The notes under the pieces: generated by a model
Seen by the model: the letters and a program-made list of their open reading frames with translations, nothing else
What the model was told of the DNA's origin: nothing
Database searches by the model: none
Translations under genes and position numbers: made by a program
Source of the DNA: Hemiscyllium ocellatum
Lineage: Eukaryota
Direction of reading: 5' to 3'
Length of the DNA: 64,000 bases
NCBI RefSeq assembly: GCF_020745735.1
Contig: NC_083420.1
Location: 53,077,931-53,141,930 of the forward strand
In this document: positions 38,841-53,740 of the stretch, in pieces
How positions within the stretch are numbered: position 1 is the stretch's first letter
Layout: each line of letters starts with the position of its first letter

Positions 38841-39530
38841 CCTCCAATCATCAGGGACCTCATCCATAGTTGTAGATTATTCAGTCTCAAAAAGAAACCA
38901 GGACAAAATAACCTCAAAACTACAGCATCGGGATGCTCCTTGCTTTAAGGCTACATGGCCCATCTCCATTATCACCAACTAACTAACCAATCATATCCCT
39001 TGTAGAGACACAGACTCTGCAATTGTCCAAAATTGAAATTAAAAACTGCCAATTCATCAATTTTTTATGGCAGCAACCTGACCTCAGCCAACATTGCCTA
39101 CTGAGGACATACTCACCCGAAAAAAGAAACACCGAGGATTTAAAGCAGCCTTCGCGGTCACAACATCCAAGTCACTTCTCGGGTCCCAAGAGCCTGGGAA
39201 ACCCACTTAGAGGTTGTGCAATTCAGTTTTGGGGATTTCAGAGCAGGTGGTGAAAATTGTCATGCTGTCATTGTTAGTTTCTTATTAAAAGCTAGATTTT
39301 ACATCTTTAGCATTAGAATCTATGAATATATTTTTCCATCAGATCTCTTAGCGTGGTAAAGACAGAACCATTGCTTGGAGAACTATTTTGGTGTCATTCT
39401 CACTCTCTGTAAGACACTGCCACTAGGTTCACGCAGCTGTTAGTCAGATTTTAATTTCCTACATACAACGCAGTCATCACTGCTATCCCACAACTTTACA
39501 CAAGAGACAAATTTTATGCAGATTACCCAC

Positions 39531-39921
39531 CATCATCTTCACAGACAAGATGCTCTGAAAACTGGAAATGATCAGGAGGCGCCAAATTCTGCAGATTTCT
39601 TTCCATCAGCTTTAGGCGACGTTGCATTCTATACAAACGGCTTTTGAGAACCCGTATCTTCTCCTTATATTTTCTCTTCGAGTCCCTGTAACAGTTGTGT
39701 TCAAGCAGCTGACTTTGGGTAAGTTGGGCTCCACATCCCATTCTGCACGGTTGGCTCCAGTGTTCGCAAACCTGTTCATGAGCTGCAAGGTTCTTCTGAA
39801 ATACTTCAATTGTACAGGCCTCATGCTTGCATTTCACTATTCTAAAGTCACAGGCAGCTTGATGGTTTGCAGATTGTTCAAGTGGAAAGGTCTCCCAGCA
39901 GCCATAGACATTGTTTTCACA
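39531..39921 (-). CDS. RNF151: RNF151-like exon (TRAF/SIAH-type zinc fingers and coiled coil)
   Basis: CENNVYGC...HQAACDFRIVKCKHEAC...HEQVC...CRMGCG...HNCYRD; donor G|GTGGGT (or read-through to TAA at 39523). Confidence 0.85.
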
Positions 39922-41412
39922 CTGCATTACAGAAACAAATAGCTGTTGTCAGTCAGTCAACAAACAGGAGGAGAGCTTCACTTGATTTTAAGAAACGCAT
40001 AATAATTTGATCAAACATAGACCTGGATTGTTCACATAAGATAAAGAGTAAACTGAAATAAAACATAGCAGTATTGAATAATGTCTGAAACAATGACAAC
40101 ATATTAATTGGAATCAAAAATACAAAGCAAAATAAGACCAGGCAACGTATGGAGTGTGGAAAAATCAGATCCTTCACCAGAATCGGGAAATGCGATACGT
40201 TAAAGTAGGTAAAATGTGGAAGGTGGGAAAAGAGACAAAGGTTTGAGATAGTGTGAAAGGCAGGAGACAAAAGACTTTCCACAACGTCTAACGTTTTGAA
40301 AAAAGGGTGAGGGATTAGAACAGTGAACAAAAACAAACGTCCAAAGGAAGGACGATTGGCAGATGGTTGTTCTTGGATGAAAAAGCAAAGAGGAAATAGA
40401 ATGGGGGAAGCAGAGATTCCCTGGAGCATTGGAGGCTGAGGGGTAATCATTTAGATGTTTATATATCATGGAGGGTATGGATAAGGTAAATAGACAAAGC
40501 CTTTTCCATGGGGTGGGGGAGTCCAGAGCTAGAGGGCATAAGTTTAAGGCGAGACAGGAAAAGTTTTAAGAAAGGGACCAAAGGGGCAACTTTTTCATAC
40601 AGTGGTGCGTATATGGAATGAGCTATCAGAGGAAGGTGGAGGCTGGTACAATTGCAACATTTAAAAGGCATTCAGGTGGATATATGAATAGGAAGGGTTT
40701 AGAAGGATATGGGCAAAGAGCTGGCAAATAGGACTAGATTAGGTTAGGATACCTGGTCAGCGTAGATGTGTTGGACCAAAGTTATTTCCGTGCTGTACAT
40801 TTATCTCTGACTCTAAATGAGATTGACGAACACAATATGATGTTCAGAAGGATATAATTTCCCTACTCAAAATGGAGCCGTATTGGAACAGATATGCTAG
40901 CGTGAGAGCAAGGTGGAAAATTAAAAAAAAAGCTAGATAACCATCCACTCAGCTTCACACACACATCCTGAACAAAACGTATGCCATGAAGAGGATTCCG
41001 ATCTGGTTGGTCTCGCCTATGTAGAACAGACCACCCTGGTTTACTAAATCTACTGCTCAAAGAGAACAGAGTACATCAGTGTTTCACTTGGGTGAAATGT
41101 TTGAGACCCTAGATGGCGATGAGGTAGGAGGTAGAAGAGCAGATGTTACATCTCCTGCACATAAATAGAAAGGATTTTTTTTTTGCTTATGCAAAAGCAT
41201 TTTTTTTTGTTGTTCATGGAGCGTGTTGACTGGGCAAGTATTTGCTGTGTATCCCTCATAATTCAGAGGGCAACCAATCATTCCACCAATCAGTTGCAAC
41301 AAAGGGTGAAGAGAAATCAAAGACTTAAACCTGGATAGTGACGTCCTGAAATCAGGGCAGATTTTAAATTAGTGACTGTCCAACTACACATATATACTGT
41401 TCTCAAATTTAC

Positions 41413-41509
41413 CTTCATGATCAATCGGGCAATCATGTTGTGGATCATAGGGATGACGGAGCGAGCCACCCTTCTCACCTTCTTCCTGCAATATGGACAT
41501 TCTTGCTTC
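41413..41509 (-). CDS. RNF151: RNF151-like exon (RING end)
   Basis: (E)KQECPYCRKKVRRVARSVIPMIHNMIARLIMK; 97 nt; phases match. Confidence 0.9.
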
Positions 41510-44182
41510 CTGAGAAAAGGCATATTCCATTAAGTATAAGCAAACCCTGCTTGGGTCTGGAATATACAGTCACAATTACAATCTGGAAAGCATTTTCATT
41601 AGCTGACCCATTTGATAGCTCATTGTTCAACAGAACACCTGGAATAATTCACATACTTTGTGAAAGTTTATTCTGGTACTACATTCTTATGTGCACAAGC
41701 CTCAAATTCATAGAATCCCTACAGTCCACAGAAAACTACTTAGACAATACACTTCTGTCTTATAGTTGTTTAACATACCCAAAAAACTTATGTCACCTTC
41801 ACATCTTATCCTTTCTAGTTTCTCATCTTTCTCTCCTATACAGCTATTCTATTTAGGTAATCCTCAACCACCTCAGCTAGCTAGGCTACTTAATGGTATA
41901 CCTAAGCAAACTGTACCAAGTTAAGACTCCAGCAGTGCATTGTGCAATGTTACAGGATAATAATTAGCTAAAGATAGCTCCTTCTCCTCCTCACCCATCC
42001 TACGTACTGAGGTTATTCTATTATAACCACTGACACACTAGTAGAAACATCCATCACACACGTCAACCTTCCATTCATTGATTCCATCTATTATTCTCAC
42101 TGCCTCAGGAAGACAACTAATGTAATCAAAAACCCCACCCACCCCAGTTATAATCTATTCCAGATGTAGGTTTGCTCGCTGAGCTGGAAGGTTCAGTCAC
42201 CCTACTAGCTAACATCTTCAGTGAGCCTCCGGATGTAGCACTGGTGATGTAGCCTGCTTTCTATTTATATATTTGGGTTTCCCTAGGTTGATGATATCAT
42301 TTCCTGTGGTGATGTTCTTCTTTTCCTGGGATTCAAGTGTGTTCCATCAGGCAGAAGATACAAAAGCTTGAATACATGTCCAACAGGTTCAAGAACAGCT
42401 TCTTCCCTGCTGTTATTAGACTTCTGAATGGATCTCAAATTTTAAAATTTAAAATGTTGACCACACTCAGTGCACCTTCTTTGCAGCTGTAACATTGTAT
42501 TCCTTGCTGTTACCCTAAAGCACTTTGAAGATACAGGTAATCTGCCTGTACTGCACACAAAACAAAAAACTTTTCACTGTACCTAGGTATATCAGATGAT
42601 AAATCAAGTAAAAAACCATAATAGGCCAAAGTCTAAACAGCAGTTTACATTCTCTATGTCTACAAATCTATGAAAGAGGGGATTAGGGAGATTTAGCTTA
42701 CTGAGATAAAATTATAAATGCAATTAAGGAAATTATTTCAAAACCAAAAAAAAGGTTAAGAAATGCATTTTGGTAGAAGAAACATGGACAGACAATCCAA
42801 GCTCAACAGTACAATGTCACGAGGGGCAACTTTTTAAAAATTGAGAAAACAGAGCGTGGTTCATATCCAGAACGAACTTCCTCAGCATTTGGGACCAATT
42901 ACAGCTTGTAAAAAACATTTGGATAAGTATATGAATAAAAAAAGATTTGGAGGGATATGGGCCACAAGCAGGCAGGTAGAACTAGTTTAATTTGGGATTA
43001 CATTCAACACTGACCGGTCCATTTCTGTACTGTATGACCATGAAGTGAGGCTACATCTTGACAAATCATTGGTTAGACCAGGTTTACGACATTGTGTTCA
43101 GTTCTGGACACCTTACTTAAGGATATTACACCCCTGGAGACAGTTTAAAGGGAAATTTTACTAAAATTATACCAGAAATTAGGGATTTTAGATTAGTGAA
43201 AGTGGGCCAAATCCTCTCTGTTCCAAGGAGAGGAACAGTAGACCTATAGAGGTGTTCAAAATTAAGAAAAATTTGGAAGGGGTAAAGAAAGAATATTCAG
43301 TTTTCACTAGTTATTATGTCAGTAACTAGGGATCACAATTTCAAGATTGTTTACAAAACAGCCAGGAATGCGAAGAGGAGAAACTTCTTTACTCTTTAGG
43401 AGCGTGGAGGCAGCAAATTCCATAGAAGATTTCAAAAGAGATATTTGAAAGTGACGAGTTGAGAGAGCTACAGAGATAGGAGAGTGGGACTAGCTGGGTC
43501 ACCCTTTCGGGAGCTGGTATAGACAAGATGGATTGAATTGCCTCCTTCCGTACTGTAAAATCTATGATTGTAAAGGCTGCACTTATACCAGAAAAGATCC
43601 AATTTCCTAAATAACGTGCTTTACTCTGAAGTGCTGGTGAGTGGACACTCCTGTTAGAGTGTATTCCTCAACGTTTGCAAACTGAATTCGAACTTAACCC
43701 AAAACAGGGAAGATTTGTGCCCTCAGTTCTAAATCAGAAAATCTAAAACCTGCTTTTAGTTGACAAGAGAATTTTCAAACGTTGCTGCATCCGAAAGGAA
43801 TGAAATCTCAGACTCTTCTCCCCCCTCAGCACATCACACCACAGATGTCATCCAGAGTCAGAGAGAGAAAAAAGACCTTTCCATTGAATAACTTCACAAA
43901 TTCAAACAATTTGCTATTTGACTTCTGGTTGACAGAAATTATGACATTTTAGTGGACTCTGTAAGGAGCCTATGAAAATATATCCACATGCTCCAAATTT
44001 AAATTCACGTAAAGTGGGTTGGATCAGAATTAACTACTTTCAAAGTTTTTTCTGTTCAATGCTTCAACGTTTTCAGAACAGTGGAATATAGAAGTTTTCC
44101 CACAGAAGGTATGCACACCACTGAAATACACCAGACACTATGCATGTATTTATTAAGAAGTTATTAATAAATTTGTCTTTAC

Positions 44183-44328
44183 TCTGTAAGCCACTTCAAA
44201 ATACAGCCTCTGCAGAAGACATGCTGGCAGATGAGTTCCACAGGATCTTTGAGCACACCGTGACAGATGGTGCAGATGAACTCCGGGTCAGGTACATTTT
44301 CAAACAGCTCAACATCATAACCAGAATC
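44183..44328 (-). CDS. RNF151: RNF151-like RING-finger E3 ligase, RING exon
   Basis: [48 protein letters not shown]: start of a C3HC4 RING with the GYD motif; 146 nt; AG/GT flanks; synteny. Confidence 0.9.
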
Positions 44329-44635
44329 CTAAATCAAAAAAAAACACAAACCTTTTAGATTTTATCCCAATTTGAAGAGAGTACTAAAGACTGAATGAAA
44401 CAGAGGGAGGGAAAAATAGTGTGTAAAACACTCAAGTTGTAGAGGTGGAGAGATTGGAGTGGTATCATACAGGTTCTTGCTCAGACTAAGATTGAACTCC
44501 TAGGTATCAGGAACAACATACTGCAGAAGGCAGTCATCCACTATCATCATATCACTCACCTTCATCAAGATGCATAACAAAATAAGTAATGTTTATTTCA
44601 TTTAATTCAGAGATGCAGTTAGCTCCCCATGATAT

Positions 44636-45272
44636 GCCACACAGTGGCTCGGTGGTTAGCACTTACCTCACAGAGTCAGGGACTCAAGCTTGATTCCAGC
44701 CTTGGGCGACTGTCAGTGTGGAATTTGCACATTCACCCACTGTCTGTGTGGGTTTCCTCGCATAATCCAAAGATTACAGGTTAGGTGAAACGGCCAGGCT
44801 AAATTGCCCACAGTGTTCAGGAATGTGTAGGTTAGGTGCATTAGTCGAGGTAAATGTAGAGTAATGGGGAATGGGTTTGGGTGGTTCGTGGGTGGCACGG
44901 TGGCACAGTGGTTAGCACTGCTGCCGCACAGCGCCTGAGACCCGGGTTCAATTCCCGACTCAGGCGACTGACTGTGTGGAGTTTGCATATTCTTCCCGTG
45001 TCTGCGTGGGTTTCCTCCGGGTGCTCCGGTTTCCTCCCACAGTCCAAAGATGTGCGGGTCAGGTGAATTGGCCATGCGAAATTGCCCATAGTGTTAGGTA
45101 AGGGGTAAATGTAGGGGTATGGGTGGGTTGCGCTTCGGCGGGTGGGTGTGGACTTGTTGGGCCAAAGGGTCTGTTTCCACACTGTAAGTAATCTAATCTA
45201 ATCTCTTCAGAAGGTCAGTGTGGACTTGATGGGCTGAAGGGCCTGTTTCCACACTGTAGGGATTCTATGATG
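44636..45272 (+). mobile_element. Nested V-SINEs: young copy 44887-45204 inside an older copy
   Basis: The older copy's 3' end resumes after the (TCTAA)n tail. Confidence 0.85.
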
Positions 45273-48200
45273 ATTCAAAACAAAAAAAAACTTTTCACCG
45301 TACTTGTGACAACAACAAATCAAATACACAAGTGCAAGCATATCATGAAATGGTGAGGTACTTTCCCATCTCATCCTGTACATACTCTCTGATATATACA
45401 TTTTTAACATCAACTTGTTCAAATACAATATAGCAACTCCATGGGGAATGTGAATCCAGATCTTCTGACCCAGAGGTAGAGACAATACCATGCACAAAAC
45501 TTCTGAAAATATTTTAATGTGTTTGTAGATGCTATGTCACATCTCCAGGAGAGGAGGGACTTGAAGTCAGACCTCCTGGCTCAGAGATTGGACACTGAGC
45601 GTGAGATTCATACTACAGGAGCTTTACAGCAACCACCTTTGATTTTCCCTCCAGTCTCCATCAGGTCCACTTCAACGCTGTCCTTTTGAAAGGCCTGTTT
45701 TAATCCACACCTCAAAATATTGAGGGAAGAGGGAGTTGGTGCGTAGGAAGAAGGTGGAGATGGTTTGAACACGTGAAACGTGCCCAGATTAATCCGCAGC
45801 AAACCGAGAACTATCTGTTAGCCACTTCCCTGATAGGCTCATTACAGTAACCACAGGTGTCAGGACCCAGCCAACTGGACTGTAGCCAAGGAATTCAGCT
45901 ACCCCCCACCACGAACCCCCCCACCCCCACCCCTCCCCCTCTTCCTTTTCATTGTCACACAGCCTAGATAAAGGATCTCCAATGGCTGCTACTTTCACTT
46001 TTCCCAGCACTTCTAAGGCCACAGACAGACCCATGCCCAGGCTGTGTTTTGGTAGATCAATTTATCCCACTGCAATGTTTTACCACTGTAAACACCTAAT
46101 GTGCTATAGACTGATGGCTGGAATGCAGAAAGATGTCTTGAAACTCGGCATTCACCCTCAGAGACCCCCTCCTTCCTCCGAGCAGATAATTTAATAACAG
46201 CCAGGAAATCTATCTGCAAATGTACGAGGGCTTTAAGGGGAGAAATGTTCAACACCAAAATCCATATCTTTCAACTGCTTCCCCCCGCCTAGTACCTTGT
46301 CTTTTCATTCCCAAATTCTCTTGAACAAGCCCTTCTCAGTTTAGATGTGTCTGGGGAGCATGTAATAGAAGATCTGTTTAAACACAAAAAAAATTACTCT
46401 GGGTGAGAGATCTTAAAATCTACTCAATTTTAGTATGGAGGACAAGGATGTCAGAACGCATTTGCATTGTAAGCCCTCCTATCCAGAACCTAACCTCAAC
46501 TGGTGACAAGGATCTGGGTTTAGTGGCGAGTGTCTGATTAACCAAGACCAGGACCTCCTTTTTCACTTCCACCCCTGGAGCACACACACCAGCATTGCTG
46601 CTCGGTAACGGGTTCGCTTTCAGTGACACGATCTCACAATTACAGTCCAATCAGTACTAGAGGCTGCAGCTATCACCGTTCATGGTTGGTCTAACTGAAT
46701 CCAGAGGATGTGGGTACAGTTACAATGTTTAAAATACATGACTAAGAAGTGGTTATGCAAGGGTCAGGTGGTCTGCTTCAGAGCAGACACCACAGTTGTC
46801 AAACTAATTTTCTTAGAATCCACTATGAACATCTGTTAGCAGTGGGGATACCCTATTTAACATACCAGGTGAAGAACATAGGATCATAGGGTAATTTAAG
46901 CACAGAAACAGACCTTTTGGCCCAACCAGTCCATGCTGACCATGTTGCCAAACTAAACCAGTCCCACCTGCCTCTGCTTGGCCTATATACCTCTAAATAT
47001 TTCTTATTCAGATGCTTATCTTAAAATATCTGTTAAACATTGTAACTGTACCCGTATTAACCACTTTCTCTGGAAGTTCATTCCATAAATGAACTGTAAA
47101 AAAAGTCTAAAAACTCTCTCCTCTCACCCTAAATATACACCCCCTAGTCTTGAAATCCCCCAGAGGGAATAAAGACACCTTCCATTAACCCTATCTATAC
47201 CCCTCATGATTTTATAAACCTCAAAAAAAAAGCCACCCCTGAACCTCCTACGCTCCAGTGAAGACAGTCCCAGCCTCTCCTTGTAATTCAAACCCTCCAT
47301 TCCCTGCAACAATCTACTTATTTTGACTTTAAAGAAAAAGGGTAGACAACAAAAAGACAAATCATAGAATCCCTACAGTGTGGAAGCAGGCTATTTGGCC
47401 CATCAAGTCCACACCAACCCTCTGAAGAGCATCCCACCCCCTACCCTATCCCTACATTTCTCATGGCTAACTCACCTAATCTACACATCCCTGAACACTA
47501 TGGATAATTTCCTACAGCCAACCCACCTAACCTGTACATATTTGGACTGTGGGAGGCAACTGGAGCACCAGGAGGAATGTGCAAACTCCACACAGACAGT
47601 CGCCCAAGGCTAGAATCGAACCCGGGTCCCTGGCACCATGAGGCAGCAATGCTAACCGCTGAGCCATCATGTCACGTTAAAGCCAAATTAAAGTTGGATT
47701 AAAAGCCATCTCTTCAGGTTATTCAATGACAACAAGAGTCAGCATTTTAAGCACTGCAGCTGTAAACATAATCTGTTAAAATTATTATAAGTTTAAGTAA
47801 ATGCATCGTAAATGGACTTCCGTCTCATCATGTGGAGGCTGGTACAATGATAACATTTAAAAGGCATCTGGATGGGCATATGAATAGGAAGGGTCGAGGG
47901 GGATATGGGGGTCAAATACTGGTAAATGGGACTAGATTAACTTAGGATATCTGGTCGGCACGGACAAGCTAGACCGAATGGTCTGTTCCTGGGCTGTGCA
48001 TCTCTATGACTGTATGTAGGAGCTAAGAATGATGGAACATGGCTGAAAGCCATAACAAATTAAAAGGTCCAAAGAGACTTGAGAGTCCATGGACAAAAAT
48101 CAATAAAACACACTGAACAGATACAGAAGATAAATCAAAACGGCGAGTGGAATGCTGGCCATTGCACCTTGAGGGTTGAATGAGAAATTTCCATTAAGTT

Positions 48201-48754
48201 TAGTAACACAAAAGGTCTGATCAGACAATACCTGATCTTCACAGAATCCCTACAGTGTGGAAACAGGCTATTTCACCCAACAAGTCCACACCGACTGTCC
48301 GAAGTGTAACCCACCCAGACCCATGCCCCTACCCTATATTTACTCCTGACTAATGCACCTAACCGACATCCCTGAACATCACGGCCAATTTAGCACGGCC
48401 AATCCACTTAACATGCACATCTTTGGACTGTGCCTTCTTTACTCAGTGCAAGGCATCTCACCCTGTGTATAGTTGGTCTCGGAGGGAGTGCAGCATAGAT
48501 CAACCAGAATGATTCCTGGACTTAAAACGCTACAAGACAAGACTATACACACCCCAACATGATCTTCTAAATTCGAGAGAATACGAACAGCTTCTCTAAT
48601 CAACATTTGAGATGTTTAATGAGACCTGGTAGTTTCTAACTGCCCCATCTGTCAGCTGTGGAATCCAGACTTCAGGGACAGAGTCTAAAATTGAGAGTCA
48701 GACCTATCAGGACTGAAATTAAGCAACAAATCTACCAAGCGTTTGTGAAAATGA

Positions 48755-50085
48755 AAGTTAATGTTTCAGGTCCAATGACCCTTCTGCAGAACGCTGATAG
48801 CTAGGAAAATATTTTGGTTTATGCGCAAAAGATAGGGGACAGGGAGGAAATGATAGGTGGGGAGAAGAAGAGGAGTTGGACAAAGGAATGGTTAACGATG
48901 TGGCTGGGAGGGTGAATGGCTGTTGATGGAGGAGGTTAGTTGCTAACAAAAGGTAGTGTGTAATGGCAGACAATATAATAACAAGGCCTGGTATGAGAGG
49001 TAGGGGGCTAGGACATGGGGGAGCTCAGGCTCCAAGATTATTGAACTCGAGAAAGTCTGGAGGGCTGCAGGGTCCCCAAGCGGAAAGTGAGGTGTTGTTC
49101 TTTCAACTTGCACGGAGCTTCATTGGAGCACTGCAACAAGCCCAAGACAGAGATGTTGGCCAGGGAACAGGGTGGGGTGTTAAACTGGCAGGCAACTGGA
49201 AGCTCAGGGTCATTTTTTGCAGGCAGGATGTAGATGTTCTGCAAAGCGGACACCCAGAATACACTTCATGTTCCCAAATGTAGAGGAGACCACATTGTGA
49301 AGTGAATGCAGTAGACTAGGTTCTGTGAAATGCAGGTAAAGCACTGCTTCACCTGGAAGGTGTGTTTGGACTCTTGGATACTGAGGAGGGAGGAGGTAAA
49401 TGAGCAGGTGACGGAGCTGTTTGGGAGCACAGGGTGGGGAAGATGGTAGGAGAGAGAGGGTGTTGGAAGTAAAAAAACAATAAAGAGTGGACCAGCATGT
49501 TCCAGAGGGAGTGGTCCCTGCTGAAGGCACATAAGAGAAGGGAGGGGGAGTAGGTGTCTGGTGGTGGCATCTCACTGGTGGTGGCAGAGTTGGCAGCTGA
49601 TGATCTTCTGGATGCTGGTGGAATGGTAGGTGAGGACAAGGGGAGCCCTATCACTGTTGCAGGAGGAAAGAGAGGGGTGAGGGTGGAAGTGCGGGAGACC
49701 AGCTGGACCCAGTTGAGGGCCTTGTCAACTATAATGCTGGGGAAGGTGGTGGATATTTAAGAGGCTCCCTTGGTGAGGTTGTTATCAGAACAAATGCAAC
49801 AGAGATGGAGGAACTGGGAGAGTAGAATGGAGTCTTTACAGGAAAGAGGGTATGATGTAAAGTGCAGCTAGATGTGAGATGCGGCGAGTTTATAGCGGAT
49901 GAATGAGCATCTATCCCCAGAAATTGAAACAGATGTTGATGAAGAGATGGGCGAAGTTGGAGATAGACCAGGCGAAAGTGCAGCTAAGGTAGAAATTGGA
50001 AAACCAAGAAATCTTTCCAATTTCGGACAAGATGGGGGAAGCACTACCCATGATATCAATGACATTTCGGAAAAGGATTCGTGGG
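48755..50085 (-). mobile_element. Degenerate Penelope-like element fragment (GIY-YIG end and terminal repeat)
   Basis: Frameshifted NLVYCI.. and ELPVACQFN...KEQHLTFRLGTLQP; decayed hammerhead CTGCAGAAGGGTCATTGGACCTGAAACATTAAC at its end. Confidence 0.75.
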
Positions 50086-50771
50086 TGGGGGGCAGAATAG
50101 GACTGGAACCTTTTCCACAGTTCTCTCTGCTTTTACCAAGAGTTAGTGTTTATAACTTTCTTCCACAATCGACTGTCGATGCCTGATTATAGATTAGGAG
50201 TCATACAGCACAGAAACAGACCCTTCGGTCCAACCAGTCTATGCCAAACACATTCCCAAACTAAACGAATCCCACTTGCCTGTATTTGGCCCATATCCCT
50301 CCAAACCTTCCCTATTTATGTACTTATCCAAACTAAACATTGTAACAGTACCCACGTCCACCACTTCCCCAGGAAGTTATTCCACATACAAACAACCTTC
50401 AAAAATTTGCTCATGTCTTTTTTAAAAATCGCTCTCCTCTCACTGTAAATTTCCCCCTAGTCTCAAAATCCCCCATAGGGAAATTCACCCTTTACACCTT
50501 GCGATTTTAAAATGCATCTATAAAAAAGGTCACCCCTCAACCTCCTAAGCTCCAGCAAAAACAAAATAGTCCGAGCCTATCCTTTTAACTCAAACCCTCC
50601 ATTCCTGGCAACGTCCTGGTAAGTCACTTCTGAATCCTCTTCAGCTTAATAATATTGTTCCTGCAACAGAGACCAGAACTGGACAGTACTCCAGAAGAGG
50701 TCTTGGATGCTGGTTTGATTTAATTTTAAAATGACAATTGATTTTTGTAAATTAGACACATTAAAAGGCTA

Positions 50772-50964
50772 GCGAGTTTGGAGAAGATTTGTATCTCAGG
50801 TTGATGTAAGTTTGCTCATTGAGCTGCAAAGTTCAGTTTCAGGTGTTTCGACACCATACTAAGTAACACCAGCGAGTCTTCAGTGAAGCTCCAGATGATG
50901 TTACCTACTACGGTGATGAAACATTTGGAAGTGAACCTTCCAGCTCAGCGAGTAATCTTTCATC
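50772..50964. mobile_element. Fold-back PLE-end element, third family (decayed)
   Basis: Same arms as 34918-35132; degenerate flanking repeat CACAT..GGCTA. Confidence 0.65.
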
Positions 50965-53264
50965 CACATAATGGCTATGAAAAAATGCAAGCATATGGAA
51001 TTAGGTTACTGAATGATGCAGTAAGCTTCAAGCATTAAACAGTCTACTCCTGTTCCTATGCTTGCTCTCTCTAAAGCACTAAGAACCAGAGGAGCAGAAG
51101 GCAACATGAATAACACTTCCTACAAACTCCAGCTGTGAAGGAAACATTGTCCCTCTTGGTAGAGGGGACTGTGTTCGAGATTCCTGTGGACTGTTTTAAT
51201 GGGTCCCCACAGACTGCCTACAATCACCTTTACTGTAAAGGAGTTTAGCAATGAAAAACTTCTGTTTTATTAGTTGCAGGGAGTTCGAAAGCAAATGATA
51301 CATAACATAATTATTGGTACTGAGACACAGATTATAGTCAGAAAAACAACATTGTCTGTTATCTAACCCCTAACAGCAAACAATTGACATGTGAACCTTC
51401 AGCCATTGGGAGAGTCAGATTGAAGTCATGGGAAGCTATGCATCACAATAAGATGCCACAGAGAGATCAGGAAATAAACAGAAACAAACCAACAGACAAT
51501 AAACTGTAGAGATAAAGCATGAACTGGTTGAGCTGATTTTAATAAGTTAACCAGAAGCACACTCAGGGTGAAAAAAAAAGTTGAGTCCTGTGCTCATGCT
51601 GAAAGAGTAGCCAAAAGCAGAGCGCTGTGGAACTAGCAAGGATTGAGCTCAATCGAGTGCAGAACCCACACCCCTAACCCTAAATCAGGTCAAGAATGTG
51701 AACCATTCACCATACATTACAAAGTAGGAGCTTTGCATCAAATGGTGCCCCGGCAATTCAAAGTTGACGCTACCAAGCTATTGCAATCGGGTAAGTAATT
51801 TACACGTGGAATATTGTTTCTCTACATTGTTCATGGTAACCCTGGAGGTCTGAAGTAGTAACATTTAGTAATTCATCTGGCCATTCTTAAAACAGGCACC
51901 TCTTGAGAGAGCAATTTAAACGCAAGCAAATCCAAAATAACTGGAGTTACTTGTAATAAACAACTTTACATTTAAGAAATAAATGTAAATGAGAGAGAAT
52001 AAAACATTATAATTCGTAACTTTCCAGCTCTTAGGGAAAAAAATACAAATCAACCTTTGGTTTTTATTTAACTGGCTTTGAAAAAGGTATTTCTGCATCT
52101 GTAAAACATTATAGGTTAAAGTTTAATCGAACTACTGGCACATTAAGGAGACGCCCATATTCTTTCAAGTACTATCTCGCTCCCCCCCGCCCCACGCACA
52201 CACACAAATCCAACTATATTTTACAAGTTATCGCATTCCCTGTATAAAAAGAAATGGAAGGCTCTAAAAACGCGAGAAATAAAGCAGCATTGGGATGGGG
52301 AGTAAGGAAGGGACAGACGGAGGCAGGAAAGTTCAGATGGAAAAGGATGAGCCGGGTGGATAAACCCTGGAAGTTGTTCCCTGCATAAAGCTCTGTCTCT
52401 TAAGCATAATACTAGTGACTTTTGACAAACACCGCCATCAGCTCAAGTCTTAAAAATAAAGTTACTCAATGACGGACACATGCCTGGTTTTCACGGAATG
52501 ACTAACAGACTAGGCATAGCAGGACTTTGGTACAATTTATTCTGGTTTTCTAGTTCAAATAACCAGCATTACCAAGTAAACCAAAAAAACTCAACAAAAT
52601 GCTGGAAGCTAGAAACAAAGGCAGAAATAGCTGGAAAAGCTCAGCCGGTCTGGCAGAACCTATGAAGAGAAAGGAAAATTAACATTCTAGGTGCAGTAAC
52701 CTTCCTGCAAAAGTCATTGCCAAGTACCTGCAACGCTTCCTCATCCCAATCCATCTCACTCCAACCCATCCAATGTGCAGCGACCAGCTGGAAATGTGTC
52801 CTTTTTCTGCAGTCACATGACAACACCCTCCTCTCCAATCACATCTCCCCGTTGCCTGGTTGATAATTGCAACGAAACGTGCTTTTGTGAAAACAAAAAC
52901 TGCCTCCGCAGGAAACTTTTCTTTCTCTGGCCATTGATGCTGATCTGGAGGATGCGTTTACTACTCTCAATATAACAAAATAAACACAACGCAGAAACAC
53001 ATGGAAATGCAGTAGAATGGGATTCTATTGAGTACAATAGGGCTGCAGTGAATGTTTTGAACTCTGGTAGATTGCACCAGAAGCCTGGTGAAAATGTTAC
53101 CTTTTATTTTCTACTTAGTCACTGAAGGTAATACTTAACTTTCATAACTTTGTTTTTTTTGTGCTGAGGTACCTTTGTACTTAAGTTGACACTGTGTGTG
53201 GCAACATTACATATGTCCCACTGTACCCCTGCACATTTGTACTTGAGTACATAGAACAGTACAG

Positions 53265-53740
53265 CACAGAACAGGCCCTTCAGCCCACGATGTTGTGCCA
53301 ACCATTGATCCTCATGTATGCACCCTCAAATTTCTGTGACCATATGCATGTCCAGTAGTCTCTTAAATGTCCCCAATGACCTCGCTTCCACAACTGCTGC
53401 TGGCAACGCATTCCATGGTCTCACAACTCTCTGTGTAAAGAACCCACCTCTGACATCCCCTCTATACTTTCCTCCAACCAGCTTAAAACTATGACCCCTC
53501 ATGTTAGCCATTTCTGCCTTGGGAAATAGTCTCTGGCTATTGACTCTATCCATGCCTCTCATTATCTTGTATACCTCAATTAGGTCCCCTTTTCTCCAAT
53601 GAAAAAAGTCAGAGCTCAGTCAACCTCTCTTCATAAGATAAGCCCTCCAGTCCAGGCAGCATCCTGGTAAACCTCCTCTGAACCCTCTCCAAAGCATCCA
53701 TATCTTTCCTATAATAGGGCGACCAGAACTGGACGCAGTG
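53265..53740 (-). mobile_element. CR1 3' fragment
   Basis: MRGMDRVNSQRLFPKAEMANMRGHSFKL...FFTQRVVRPWNALP. Confidence 0.85.
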
